NCBI GenBank assembly: GCA_965218585.1
Contig: CBDCLE010000002.1
Coordinates: 96,001 to 160,000, forward strand
From: Terriglobia bacterium
GTDB taxonomy: Bacteria; Acidobacteriota; Terriglobia; 20CM-2-55-15
Direction: 5' to 3'
Length of the DNA: 64,000 nt
The position numbers and the translations under genes were made by a program. Below the pieces are notes generated by a model that was not told the origin of the DNA, searched no databases, and saw only the letters and a list, made by a program, of their open reading frames with translations. How positions within the stretch are numbered: position 1 is the stretch's first letter; every line of letters begins with the position of its first letter. Below, in pieces: positions 48,987-59,299 of this stretch.

Positions 48987-50345
48987 ATGCAGAAAATGCT
49001 CCTGACCCTGTTGCTTCTGATCGCTCCTGTACCTGTTCTTGGACAACTCACGCTAACCGTTCCGAAGTCGGCCAAGGCATTTGCGTACTTCCCTCACATT
49101 GTTGCTGGAGGAGGTTGGCAGACGACATTTACCTTATCCAACCCTGAGAAGAGGGGGCCGGTGGATGTCACTGTCTACTTTACAGGGGATGACGGGGAGG
49201 ATCTTCCCTTAGACATCGGTCAAGGCCTTTGGTCTGGAGTACGGTACAAGGAACTACCGAAACTTGGCACGGCGGAGTTCACGGTCGGTTTACCTGGGAC
49301 TGAGGGCTCTGAAGCTATCCAAACGGGATGGGCCAGACTTTTTGCGGACAACTTTGTTGTAGCCTCGGCCACCTATAGCTGGGCTCCGGGTGGAGTGCTC
49401 GCATATTCGGTGAGTGTTCCTGCCGTATGGTCTACCGTTGAATACTTTTCGTCGGCGACACCCAGCCTTGGAATTGCCGTTGGCAACACCCACCTATCCG
49501 AACTGACCATTGACGTTTTCGCTGGGGCCGCCAGCGGAGCATACAGTGGGACTATTGCGTTACCCGGAAAAGGGCACAAGGCGCTTCTGCTCAGGGAGGT
49601 CATACCAAGCCTTCCGTTAGATTTTATGGGAACGATCAGGATGTCAGCCAACGGGAATAGCTTCGCCGCTCTGGCGCTCAAGGACAACGGGAGCGGGATC
49701 TATTCCAGCCTTCCAAGCGGACAGGCTGCTCGGCCTCCCTCGCACTACGACCGTATATGGAACGTATTCGTCAGAATGGTGGCGACAGCGAAGCTCGTTG
49801 AGCCCGACCTAGATTGGGATGACGTGGAGCTGGATATCGGTTACGAGAAAACGATTAACGCATATGGAGGATGGGGCGGCATCAAGATCAACATGGCATT
49901 AGCGGAGTTGTTGTCCGACTCGGAGAGCGAGCTGGCGTTCACGGTCGCGCATGAAATCGGCCATGTCATCCAGTTCCGTACCAATAACGAGAAACTTGTG
50001 AACCCCAACTTGGAGCTGGACGCGGATTTCATGGGGTTGATGCTATCGCTGATCGCGGGTTACGACCCCTATGCGGGGGCGGGCACGTTAGCGAAGTTGG
50101 CGATGGCGAACGGGCAAACGTCATTGCGCACGCAATATACGCAGGATCTCACGCGGATTGCTGATAGGACAGGAACGGTGCACGGCTCGTTCAGCAACAG
50201 GCTGGATCAGCTATTCAACAGCATCCAGGAGCTGTGCCAGTTTCCCGGACTAGACGACTTTTGCACTGAATACCGCCGCAAATTTCACCCGCATCTGCCG
50301 GGTCAAGTGCTGCTGGATTCAAATGTGGGTTTCGTGCCAAAGTGA
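48987..50345 (+). CDS. Secreted M48-family metallopeptidase with N-terminal beta domain
   Basis: Signal peptide, INAY, ELAFTVAHEIGH, ELDAD, AGYDP. Confidence 0.85.
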   Translation: MQKMLLTLLLLIAPVPVLGQLTLTVPKSAKAFAYFPHIVAGGGWQTTFTLSNPEKRGPVDVTVYFTGDDGEDLPLDIGQGLWSGVRYKELPKLGTAEFTVGLPGTEGSEAIQTGWARLFADNFVVASATYSWAPGGVLAYSVSVPAVWSTVEYFSSATPSLGIAVGNTHLSELTIDVFAGAASGAYSGTIALPGKGHKALLLREVIPSLPLDFMGTIRMSANGNSFAALALKDNGSGIYSSLPSGQAARPPSHYDRIWNVFVRMVATAKLVEPDLDWDDVELDIGYEKTINAYGGWGGIKINMALAELLSDSESELAFTVAHEIGHVIQFRTNNEKLVNPNLELDADFMGLMLSLIAGYDPYAGAGTLAKLAMANGQTSLRTQYTQDLTRIADRTGTVHGSFSNRLDQLFNSIQELCQFPGLDDFCTEYRRKFHPHLPGQVLLDSNVGFVPK

Positions 50346-50351
50346 AGGTAT

Positions 50352-50377
50352 GTGGGCGGGGCCGTCACCCCGCCCAC
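50352..50377. terminator. GC-rich hairpin after the M48 gene
   Basis: GTGGGCGGGG-ccgtca-CCCCGCCCAC. Confidence 0.55.
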
Positions 50378-50533
50378 CGCTACGTATTTACAGTGTAGGC
50401 GTGGTACTGTAATCGCGAACATCGAGGAGGGAATTATGGGAGGCAGAAACGATAACGATTTCTCGACATAAGGCAACCTCCGATGATAATTTGTCGGATC
50501 TGTTTTGAGTTGGTTCAAGACAGGAGTGCTTGA

Positions 50534-51070
50534 ATGGAGTGGCTGATAAATAATCCGGTTGGGGTCGTTGCGATAATTGCGATCATCACCATTGCTTTCA
50601 AGGCGATCTATTGGATAGCTAGCGTTGACAAGGATCAAGCTAGCCTCAAAACATCCGCCGATAGCGACAGGTCTCTTCTGCGCGATTTTATGAAGGAAAT
50701 CAGGGACGATATTAAAAAAATATTTGAGCGGTTACCTTCTCCTACACTCTCGGAAAATAGTCCGCTTCAACTGAACGCTCTTGGCCAGTCAATATCGGGA
50801 AAGTTGAGAGCGCGAACATGGGCCGAACAGGTCGCGAAGCAGTTGGAGGGCACTGTGCAGGGAAAATCGTCTTACGAAATCCAGTCTCAGTGCTTCGACT
50901 TCGTGGACCAAGCTGAATTGGAACAGTCGATGCGCCAGGCAGTATTGGATTGTGCATATGAAAATGGGATTAGTGAAGATCAGGTGCTCGATGTTTTGGC
51001 CATCGAATTACGAGATATAGTACTGTCGCTCACTGGACATCATCCTGATGACATCCCGGATAAGCGGTAG
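50534..51070 (+). CDS. Hypothetical protein with N-terminal TM helix and coiled coil (passenger)
   Basis: AGGAG RBS; 178-aa ORF; more AT-rich than flanks. Confidence 0.75.
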   Translation: MEWLINNPVGVVAIIAIITIAFKAIYWIASVDKDQASLKTSADSDRSLLRDFMKEIRDDIKKIFERLPSPTLSENSPLQLNALGQSISGKLRARTWAEQVAKQLEGTVQGKSSYEIQSQCFDFVDQAELEQSMRQAVLDCAYENGISEDQVLDVLAIELRDIVLSLTGHHPDDIPDKR

Positions 51071-51094
51071 TCATTGTCATAGGGGGAACTGTTC

Positions 51095-51292
51095 ATGAAA
51101 CCGATGCTCGATCCAGAACGAGATCTGAAGGGCGCAACGCCAGAGAAGCTGGCCCGCGCCCTGTTCCGGCGCGTGGAACCGTTACGACCGTGCACCGGAA
51201 GCAAGGCCATTGGCCGCGATAAGGTCGCGGCGAAGAAGGTTCCGGCCAACAAGCCTCGCAACGGTGCTTCGCATCTGGACAAGCGTTCCTGA
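51095..51292 (+). CDS. Small hypothetical protein overlapping the transposase 3' end
   Basis: GGGGA RBS; MKPMLDPERDLKGATPEKLARALFRR. Confidence 0.45.
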   Translation: MKPMLDPERDLKGATPEKLARALFRRVEPLRPCTGSKAIGRDKVAAKKVPANKPRNGASHLDKRS

Positions 51293-52151
51293 CTCGCGGA
51301 TGTTGTGCTTCCCGGCGAACTCTTGGACATAGCGGTCCAGGTGCTTCGGGCTGATCTTGTGGAACGTTCCCTTGTGGGCACGTTTCAGCATTGACCAAAA
51401 CGATTCGATCCCGTTGGTATGGGCCATCCCGTTGACGTACTCGCCTACGGAGTGCTTCACGCTCCGATGCTGGAAGGGAAGGCCCTCGTAGGCACCGGCA
51501 TCATCGGTATAGACTGTCGCGCCTTCGTCGGCATGATCCATGACGAAGCCTTGCAGCGTCGGTACTCCGTACCACCTGGGCCGCGACTTTCTTAGTCGCT
51601 CTGTCTTTGATCCCGACCACAGCCGTCTTCCCGACCGATCCCCGCCCGGTAAGAGCTTCGCGCTTCGACTTGGGCATGTTCCGCCGTTTTCCCCCAAAGT
51701 AGCTCTCGTCCACTTCGACCGGGCCTGAGTAATCGCCGTCGCCGTTGTGCCCGGCCCACGCCTCACGGATGCGATGCAGCATGAACCAAGCGGTAGGCTG
51801 CGATACTCCAATGTCTCTGTGGAGCTTCATGCTCGATACGCTCTTCAGGCTCGTCAGGCAGAGGTAAATGGCTATCGCCCACTTGCGAAGAGGAACATTC
51901 GACCGGGCGATTGGTGTGCCTGTGCGGACGCTGAAGTAGCTTCGGCAATCGGCACACCAATAAGGCATGGGCTTACTGTTGGGAACTTCGCTTGTCTTTA
52001 CGCTTCCACACTTCCCACAGCAGCGCCCACTGCTCCACAGGACAGACTCAAACCACTTCGTCGCCGCTTCCTCTGTCGGAAACATATTCATCAGATCAAT
52101 GAGTGTCAGGCCCTTTCGGTGAGCTTTTCCGGGTGCGGTATAGTGTTTCAT
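51182..52151 (-). pseudogene. IS1595 family transposase, frameshifted near 51557
   Basis: Zn ribbon CGKC..CADC, HTH and VEVDESYFGG in one frame; TLQGFV..VYTDD..HTNGIESFWSMLKR in another. Confidence 0.9.
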
Positions 52152-52174
52152 GCGTCCCCCTGAGTGATGAGAAC

Positions 52175-52203
52175 AGTATGACAGGCAGACAGCATGCTGT
52201 CAA
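52175..52203 (-). promoter_or_regulatory. Transposase promoter with its -35 box overlapping the TIR
   Basis: TTGACA-N17-CATACT. Confidence 0.65.
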
Positions 52204-52221
52204 GTAAAGTTTATAATCCCT

Positions 52222-52524
52222 ATTACTTTCTATGAGTTCCCGAAACAACACTGGGTGCATCTGAGAACAACCAACATCGTCGAATCGCCCTTCGACATGG
52301 TTCGCCTCCGCACCAACGCCGCTCGCCGATTCAAGCGTGTCGAGAATGCAACGGCAATGATCTGGAAGCTACTACGTGTCGCTGAGAAGGCTTGGCGACA
52401 CTTAAAAGGATCCGAACTCTTACAAGAGGTCTATGATGGTCAGCAATTCGCTGACGGCATCAGAGTCGTGATGAAATCGAAGGCCGCCGCCTGATGACTT
52501 TTACACACCTTTTGTAATGACCTC
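52222..52524 (+). mobile_element. IS256 copy 3, 3' fragment with right TIR
   Basis: Matches 1392-1694; the 5' part is absent beyond the IS1595 end. Confidence 0.92.
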
Positions 52525-52556
52525 AGGATTGAATTGTCTTCGTCTTCCACTGGGAC

Positions 52557-53357
52557 TTACTCTCGGGTCCGGATGAAAATATCCCCGTTGACGGTCCGGA
52601 ATTCAAAAACGGGACCTCCCCCGTTGATCGCTCCCGTAAGGTCCCGCCCTATGTCGATTCGGTTACCCCTCCTGATAGCACCGTCATCTTCGATGGCATC
52701 AAGCTGGACCTCAAAATCAGTGTAGATATCACCGTTGACCGTGCTCATTCTCAAGTTCGCTCCTGTGTCGGCCGGGAGGGTAACGTCAACGTCTCCATTC
52801 ACTGAAGAAAAGCTCATGAGCTTGTCGGGGGTCAGGCGTGTCATCGTGACTCGAAGGTCGTCGTTCTGGGAATAGGCCACTACCGAACCTGCGACGTTCG
52901 TCAACGTGACGGCCTCGTTCATGGTCGTCACCTCGATGTCGCCGTCAACGCCTTCAACGTCAATTTCACCGTTGGTGGACTCGATCTGAAGGTTCGTTCC
53001 GGTTGGAACCTGGATGCTGATGTCACCTGTGTCCGAGCGGTCACCTCGAATCGACACAACGTTGTTGTCTTCTTCGACTGAAAATCGGCCCCCGGTCAAG
53101 CGACGCAATCCCCGAACGTCAGGATCGGGTCTGAAAGCGGCGGCGTTGACGGTAACGATCACGTCTCTTCCAGCATGGGCATTGATCGTAACGTCTCCCT
53201 GAAACATGCGCACATTCAGGGTTGCCGGGCGGTCAGGATCGCTCAACGTAATCGTCAGGAAATTCGGATCCGGATCCTGCTTGGCCGATACAGAGACGGT
53301 CGGTGCGGGCCCAATCACCATCGCAACTGCGAGCAATATGGACGCTGTCGTTTTCAT
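52557..53357 (-). CDS. DUF4097 beta-strand repeat secreted protein
   Basis: Signal peptide; repeated S/T-x-NG-D/E-I motifs. Confidence 0.85.
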   Translation of the reverse strand: MKTTASILLAVAMVIGPAPTVSVSAKQDPDPNFLTITLSDPDRPATLNVRMFQGDVTINAHAGRDVIVTVNAAAFRPDPDVRGLRRLTGGRFSVEEDNNVVSIRGDRSDTGDISIQVPTGTNLQIESTNGEIDVEGVDGDIEVTTMNEAVTLTNVAGSVVAYSQNDDLRVTMTRLTPDKLMSFSSVNGDVDVTLPADTGANLRMSTVNGDIYTDFEVQLDAIEDDGAIRRGNRIDIGRDLTGAINGGGPVFEFRTVNGDIFIRTRE

Positions 53358-53365
53358 GATTCTTC

Positions 53366-54181
53366 TCACTGCAATTGTTCCAGGCCCCATGCGGCACTCA
53401 GGCGAACGCCCTCGTTGAGGTTCGCGTCTTCGACGAACATGCGTAGCGTCTCCACCGACTCCCTTTGCCGTAAGGCGACCATGAAATCGACAAGGGCTGC
53501 CTGAACGAGGGGCGATTCCTCTTCCATCAACGCCCGCAGTGTGCCCTGCCGCACAACCTGGATTCCCCCAAACTTTTTCAGGGCGTCCACTGCCGCGAGC
53601 CGAACATTGACATTCGGATCGAGCATGAGCGTATCGATCAGAGCCACAAGCAGGTCGTTGCCGGGTCCTTCGATCCAATTACTCCAGCTCAAGCCTCGCA
53701 ACCGCTCGCTCGCGGACTGTTGCTGCATCAAAGACAGCGCCGCCAGTTGCCGCGTCTCTTCGAGTTCAGCGCGGAGCTGGCCCAGATCCTGCTCCTGGTC
53801 GGACGAAACTCGAGAATACTGACCAATGGCGATGCCGACGACGAGCAGGACCAGAGCAAATCCGAACTGCAAGACCGGCTGGCGCGGCCACCGCCTCCCG
53901 AACCAGAAGTTGACGTTTTCCCATACCGAGGGCCTTGGCGCCGCTTTCAGGCTGCGGCCATATGCCTCGATCATCATGTCGAAACGTGCCCGCATGGCGT
54001 CGGAATCAGGCTTTTCAGCCCGCAACGCGCCAAGTTGGCTCCAGACCCACCCGAGTCCTTCGGCCTCTTCACGACAGGATTGGCATGAGACCAAATGTTC
54101 TTCGACCAACCCACGGTCCAGCGGGTCCAGACCTTCGATCACATGCTCGGCAAGCTGGTTTCGGACTTCTTCGCAATGCAT
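53366..54181 (-). CDS. Anti-sigma factor (zf-HC2, TM, HEAT repeat)
   Basis: HLVSCQSC, SASERL, DPNVNVRLAAVDAL. Confidence 0.88.
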   Translation of the reverse strand: MHCEEVRNQLAEHVIEGLDPLDRGLVEEHLVSCQSCREEAEGLGWVWSQLGALRAEKPDSDAMRARFDMMIEAYGRSLKAAPRPSVWENVNFWFGRRWPRQPVLQFGFALVLLVVGIAIGQYSRVSSDQEQDLGQLRAELEETRQLAALSLMQQQSASERLRGLSWSNWIEGPGNDLLVALIDTLMLDPNVNVRLAAVDALKKFGGIQVVRQGTLRALMEEESPLVQAALVDFMVALRQRESVETLRMFVEDANLNEGVRLSAAWGLEQLQ

Positions 54182-54732
54182 GATTCTTCTCTGTTTGAAA
54201 GTTTCAAGAAAATGTTTCGGAGATCCTTAACGGCCCGATGCACCCGCACTTTGACCGCACCTACGCTGACCTCGAGTAATTCAGCGATCTCTTCGTACTT
54301 GAGCTCCTGATAGCGGGCCAGTACAAGAAGCTCGCGCTTCTCTTCAGGGAGTTGGGAAAGCACTCGCTCGAGGAGCGCACTGTTTTCGTCCCGTTCCAGT
54401 TGCTCGCCGGGAAACGGCGTATCGCTCGGGCGAAGTTCATCCACCTGTTCCTGCGGACCCCGTTTTCTGAAGTAGTCGACCCGGGCATTGCGTGCAATGT
54501 GAAACATCCATGCCCTGAAACGTCCCTCATCACGAAAAGTGCCCCGGTACTTCAATATCCGAAAAAACACGTCCTGCACAAGGTCATCCGCCGCCGTCCG
54601 ACTGCCCGTCACACGACAAAAAAACTGGAAGAGAGGCACGTGGTGGCGCTCAAACAAGGTCCCAAGCTCCCCTACGTTCCCGTTCCTGACAGCGCGCATC
54701 AGGGATTCATCTGTTTGGTCCATTCTCTCCAT
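54139..54732 (-). CDS. ECF RNA polymerase sigma factor
   Basis: DDLVQDVF, FRAWMFHIARN, YEEIAELL..VKVRVHRA. Confidence 0.93.
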   Translation of the reverse strand: MERMDQTDESLMRAVRNGNVGELGTLFERHHVPLFQFFCRVTGSRTAADDLVQDVFFRILKYRGTFRDEGRFRAWMFHIARNARVDYFRKRGPQEQVDELRPSDTPFPGEQLERDENSALLERVLSQLPEEKRELLVLARYQELKYEEIAELLEVSVGAVKVRVHRAVKDLRNIFLKLSNREESCIAKKSETSLPSM

Positions 54733-54821
54733 CTATGAAAACCGCCGTTCTGGCGAAAGGTACGCCCTGGCAGAATATTCTTTTCCCCACCTCTGTAACC
54801 TTTTCGTAGAAACAACGGTCG

Positions 54822-56317
54822 CCGACCTGGAACTGCCAATCGATATCCATGTTTTTGCGGCCGGTGTCGACGTCCAGCAAGCTCCAGTGCACCTGTTCGG
54901 CGCTTGACAGCCAATTCATCATCGGCATCGCGTCGTTCCATTCTATCGGCGGTGCGAAGAGCCCGGCCTCAAACTCCATGGCGCGCACGATCGAGAGCGG
55001 CAGGTTCTCAACGTCCAGTGTGAGTTCGAGGCGGTGGTCGACCGGACGATCGAAATATTGGCGGTAGTCGTCGATGTCGGAGGACACGTCAACGTTCTCG
55101 CGCAGGGCGAGGAAAGCGGAAGCGTGGTCGGTGGAAGTCGCATCCTCTCGGACCACCACCGTACCCAGCAGGTCGGTATGCGGATAGAACTCACCGCGAA
55201 ACTCGTCGATCGCCTGAATGGAGTTAGTGACGGGCACCTCGCCCGCCTCGTCGAACAGAACCTCGACGATATAGCGCTCCGCCGGTGCGATCACGACCGA
55301 GTTGACCCATTCCTCGCGCTCGTACTTGCTCACGTCGGAGCCGACGATCTTAATGGGTGCTCCGCCGAACACGACGTTGAACGTTCGCGTGTTTGCGACG
55401 TTTGTCAGGTGGAACCGTACGACGTCGCCTCTGTCCACATCCAGCCGGTAGTCGGTCGCGCCGTTGACGAGCATCACGTTTCCGAACCGGCCCATCAGAG
55501 CATGCGTGGCGGCCTGCTCGCCGTAAGGAATCGGCCCGAGATCGTCCATCAGAAGGTCGTCAAGAATCAGCGCCTCTTCATGGTTGACGGGGCTGTAGTA
55601 GGCGGGTTCCGGTGCCTCGACGAGCAGGTTGCCGTAAAGGCCGAGATCCTGCTGGATGTCTTCGCGCACGTGTGGGTGATACCAGTAGATCCCGGAGTCG
55701 CGGAAGAAGATCTCGTAACGGAACGATTCCCCGTAAGCAACCGGGGGTTGGGTCACGTTCGGAACGCCGTCGAAGCGGTTGTCCAGCCGGATGCCATGCC
55801 AGTGCACGGTCGTCTCGTCCGGAATATCGTTGTGGAAGTTGACTACGATCGTGGCGCCTCGGGGCGCCCGGATGAGCGGACCCGGATACATCCCGTTGTA
55901 GCCGTACATGACGAGCGTCTTGCCATTGATCGTACGCCGGACGAGCGACGCACGGATGTCGATCTCGTCACCGTCGGCCATGTCTACGATCGCCCCGGGC
56001 ACGGCTTCGGGCAGCGACATCAGATCGAGATCGCCTCCCGGCAGGAGCGGGTCGACAATCGGGGTCGTGCCTATCAGATCGGGCAGCATCGGCATCGGCC
56101 GATCCATAGGCGGCATGCGCCAGGCTGCGGGATCTGACGTCATCTGCATGCCCGGCATCTCTTGCCCGGCCTCGGGCATCGATGGCATCTCTTCGGATAC
56201 TGACGGGTTCTGTTGCGATTCGAGAGGCTGGGAGAGCCCTGCTGTGAGCAGGGTGGCGCCGGCAATCACGCCCAGGAGCGTGGGGAGGATGCCGATCCGC
56301 CGGCCTGGTGTTGTCAC
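54822..56317 (-). pseudogene. Multicopper oxidase, 3'-truncated
   Basis: VHWHG and YWYHPH present; homology stops at FQVGD, before the C-terminal HPxHxHG and HCH motifs. Confidence 0.85.
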
Positions 56318-56949
56318 TGGTTGCTGATCGACCGGCCCGGGTTGTCGCCAAAACCATACTTTGCGCACGGCTCACCCACATACGGTCCGTGACCGGCCAT
56401 GGTGTGCATCGCGCCGCTCCGGGACATGCCGCGCGACACGATCGGGCCGCTCCACTTTGTCGCCCCCGGATCGTCGGCGGACTCGAGAGTAAGCACGACG
56501 AGGTACTTGTTCCACTCGACCCGGCCGTTGACCAAACCGTTCGCATCGAGCACACCGAGCCGCTTTATGTTGTCGACCTCCGCAGTCGTGAGCCAGACGG
56601 TGTAATGGCCATCCTGCGCCTTCAGACCTTCGAAGCCGACGGTCAGGTCGTAGATGTAGCTGCCGTCGGGAGCGATCGAGACGCCGAACGGCGATCTGGC
56701 GAACGACGCCTGGCCAAGCCCGCGCGAGCGCCCCGTTCCCGGAACCCGCCCGGTCTTGACCATCTCAATGGCGTAATACGGCAGGTTCAGCGATGGAAGT
56801 TCGGTTATAGAACAAGGATTACCCGAAAGGCTCGGAACCGTGGCCGCGTGGACCTCGAGAGTTGCGACCGGTGGCACCAAAGGGAATTCGCACACGGCGA
56901 GAAGAAACAGGACGACCCCCGCGCCACCGAATCTCCGGAGCGTTGTCAT
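56314..56949 (-). CDS. Secreted hypothetical protein with a Met/His motif
   Basis: Signal-like N-terminus, MHTMAGHG near the C-terminus; translationally coupled to its neighbours. Confidence 0.75.
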   Translation of the reverse strand: MTTLRRFGGAGVVLFLLAVCEFPLVPPVATLEVHAATVPSLSGNPCSITELPSLNLPYYAIEMVKTGRVPGTGRSRGLGQASFARSPFGVSIAPDGSYIYDLTVGFEGLKAQDGHYTVWLTTAEVDNIKRLGVLDANGLVNGRVEWNKYLVVLTLESADDPGATKWSGPIVSRGMSRSGAMHTMAGHGPYVGEPCAKYGFGDNPGRSISNQ

Positions 56950-58289
56950 TGCAGGCCTTCCAAATTCTCTTCCCACTCCTGAGCACTGGAGATGTTGGGC
57001 ATACCCCAGTCCTCGCCCCTCCAGCCCAGAAATCCCTCCATCTTGAAGGTCCAGAAGCCGGTCGTCATGTCACTGACGACGATGAGGCCATCGGCGTTTC
57101 GCACATCCACGCCGAACGCCCCGTTAAACATCGAGTTGCGTCTCGTGTTCGGCGGCCCGACGTAGGTGTCGTAATATCCAACCGTCACCGGGTTTTTCGG
57201 GTCCAGCATGCTGAACACCTGGAGACCATCGAGGTAGCCCGAAACGAACACGTAGGGATAGCGCACCTCGTGGTTGTGCGTCAGGTTCTTCCAGTCCGCC
57301 GTCCATCCTGAGATGGGCCTGGAGATGTTCTCGACCTCTCCACTCAAACCCGGCTCGAGATCGAAAATACGCAGCGGGGCGTACTGATACTCGGTTTCGG
57401 CAATGACATAGCGGCCGTCCGGCGTCGGGGTGAAGGTATGACCGTTCTGAACACCGCTGATACCGGTCAAACTGACCAGTAGTTCGGGTTGTTCCAGATC
57501 CGTAATGTTGTAGACGTAGTAACCACCGGTGCCGCCGCCATAGAAACGGTCCTCGCCGTCGTCGGGCTGGTACCCTGCATAGAAGTCGTGGTAGCCGCGA
57601 CGGCCATCTGTTTCATCCGCAACCGGAATTCGGGCGATCATAGCCTGCTCGACACGACCCTCGACTACCAGGCCCAGGTCGTACACGGCCGCGTACGGGG
57701 CCCCGATCGTCGCGATCAGCAGCACCCGGCCGCTGCTGTGCTTGTAAACGAATATGTTGTGGAAGCCGCCGGGTGTTTCGGGCTCACGCAGCCGCGCCAC
57801 CTCCCGGACAGTGGTCGGATCCGGCAGACCCGTCACGTCGACGATCACCGCACCCAGGTCGCTGTCGGGACCACCCTGGCCGAACTGCAACGACTGGACG
57901 AAGTAATAGCGGCCGTCCCACTTGAAGTGCTTGACGTCCATGCCTCCATTGCCGAGGTGAAGATCCTGATCCTCGATCCGCCACCGGTAGATCACCTTCG
58001 GACTTGATGGGTCCGAGATATCGATCACGTCCGTACCCTTGTCGCCCTCGTCGCCATAGACCATGCGGGCCACATAGGCGAATGGCCGCGAGAGCTCCTG
58101 CTCCATATCGATATCGGCCACGCTGAGCCTGGGACCGAGTGGGATGTGGCCGAGCACTTCGATGTTATCGCTGCCCGGTTTCTCCGGTGTCCAGAGGGCC
58201 ACACCCTGGCCCAGCGCGCCCGGTACTACGATCGGAAGTGCTGCTGCCACTACGAACGCAATGACGAAAATGGATTGGCGTTTCTTCAA
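56946..58289 (-). CDS. LVIVD-repeat beta-propeller secreted protein
   Basis: VIDISDP, IVDVT, HNIF, HDFY, HTF, HNHEV, GYYDTY, GAFGV. Confidence 0.82.
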   Translation of the reverse strand: MKKRQSIFVIAFVVAAALPIVVPGALGQGVALWTPEKPGSDNIEVLGHIPLGPRLSVADIDMEQELSRPFAYVARMVYGDEGDKGTDVIDISDPSSPKVIYRWRIEDQDLHLGNGGMDVKHFKWDGRYYFVQSLQFGQGGPDSDLGAVIVDVTGLPDPTTVREVARLREPETPGGFHNIFVYKHSSGRVLLIATIGAPYAAVYDLGLVVEGRVEQAMIARIPVADETDGRRGYHDFYAGYQPDDGEDRFYGGGTGGYYVYNITDLEQPELLVSLTGISGVQNGHTFTPTPDGRYVIAETEYQYAPLRIFDLEPGLSGEVENISRPISGWTADWKNLTHNHEVRYPYVFVSGYLDGLQVFSMLDPKNPVTVGYYDTYVGPPNTRRNSMFNGAFGVDVRNADGLIVVSDMTTGFWTFKMEGFLGWRGEDWGMPNISSAQEWEENLEGLQ

Positions 58290-58349
58290 GGGTCACCTCG
58301 TGTGCAAAGGAATAGTGGGTGGATTATAACAAAGTTCAGGGGACGCGGT

Positions 58350-58856
58350 TCAGTACCCGGAGACACCGCGCCTTTCAGCAAGATAGAAAAGGATGTCCAC
58401 GTTACCCGGCACCTGCCCGAGCGTCCTAAGCAGAAGCGCGACCTGCCCCCGGTGATGAACGCCGTGATTGGCCCCGTGCTGCATCAACTCTCCCAAAGGC
58501 ATCGAATGCTTCGACTGTCCGATTGAGAATTCGACGACGCGATCCAGATCTTCGTCTTTCAAGCGGGACAGAAATTCGCGCACGCCCGTTTCGACTTCGC
58601 TCCACCTCTGGAGAACGGATTCAACCGTCTGGAAATCATCATGCTTGAGACGCGGGCCCCTCTTCGGACCGCCACAGCGATCGAGCCAACCCGCTTCGGC
58701 ACTCATTACGTGGACCAGCGTGTTCCTTATGGATCCGTAGCTTCCCGCAACAGCCTCGGTGAATTGCTCCGGTGCCAGCTGTTCAATCACGCCAAAGAGT
58801 TTTCTGTTGGCCCAGTAACCGTAATCGTAAAGGCTTTCCAGATCTTTAACGGTCAT
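58350..58856 (-). CDS. DinB family protein
   Basis: YGYWAN, GSIRNTLVH, NHGVHHRGQ. Confidence 0.92.
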   Translation of the reverse strand: MTVKDLESLYDYGYWANRKLFGVIEQLAPEQFTEAVAGSYGSIRNTLVHVMSAEAGWLDRCGGPKRGPRLKHDDFQTVESVLQRWSEVETGVREFLSRLKDEDLDRVVEFSIGQSKHSMPLGELMQHGANHGVHHRGQVALLLRTLGQVPGNVDILFYLAERRGVSGY

Positions 58857-59299
58857 CTGTTCCTCTCTTTCTGCTCTGACCCTCGACTGTCGGATGTCCG
58901 CCTTACATACGGGATCAGCCAGATCGCCGCGAGTACAGCCAAATCAAGAGCAGCATGGAAGAGCCTGAGGAGGGATTCTGACGGCGGCGCTACGGCACCG
59001 AGAACACGCTGCAGGTCCGCGCCTTCGTTGGGAACGAGCTGCGTCTCGGCGTGTGCGATCAAACCTTCTCGTTGACGACGAGCCGAATCGAGCGCCCAGA
59101 AGTTGGACGCTGCGAAAAGGAGAAAACCGATCGTCAGCACGGTCGGGACTATTTGAGTACGTCAGGCAAGTTTCGATGAGCCCAGAAAGCCCAATATCGC
59201 GGTCACGACTACAATGTACAGATTCCAGTACGCCTGCATCGCATCGGCCCTCGCGAAAACAAACTCGAGCGTCTGTTGCAAATTTAGCAGATCGTCCAT
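58853..59299 (-). pseudogene. Membrane protein with in-frame TGA at 59162-59164
   Basis: AAGGAG RBS, MDDLLNLQQ..YWNLYIVVVTAILGFLGSSKLA-TGA-RTQIVPTVLTIGFLLF, in frame with ORF 58853-59140. Confidence 0.7.

Larger units (their letters stand above)
48777..52220 (-). mobile_element. IS1595-family element carrying passenger genes (3444 bp)
   Basis: 22-bp TIRs GGGATTATAAACT(C/T)TACTTGAC at 48777-48798 and 52199-52220 enclose the transposase and three ORFs; no target duplication seen. Confidence 0.85.

Noticed and set aside
59162-59164. Selenocysteine at the in-frame TGA of the membrane protein
   Set aside because: No redox motif context and no obvious downstream hairpin; more likely a nonsense mutation.
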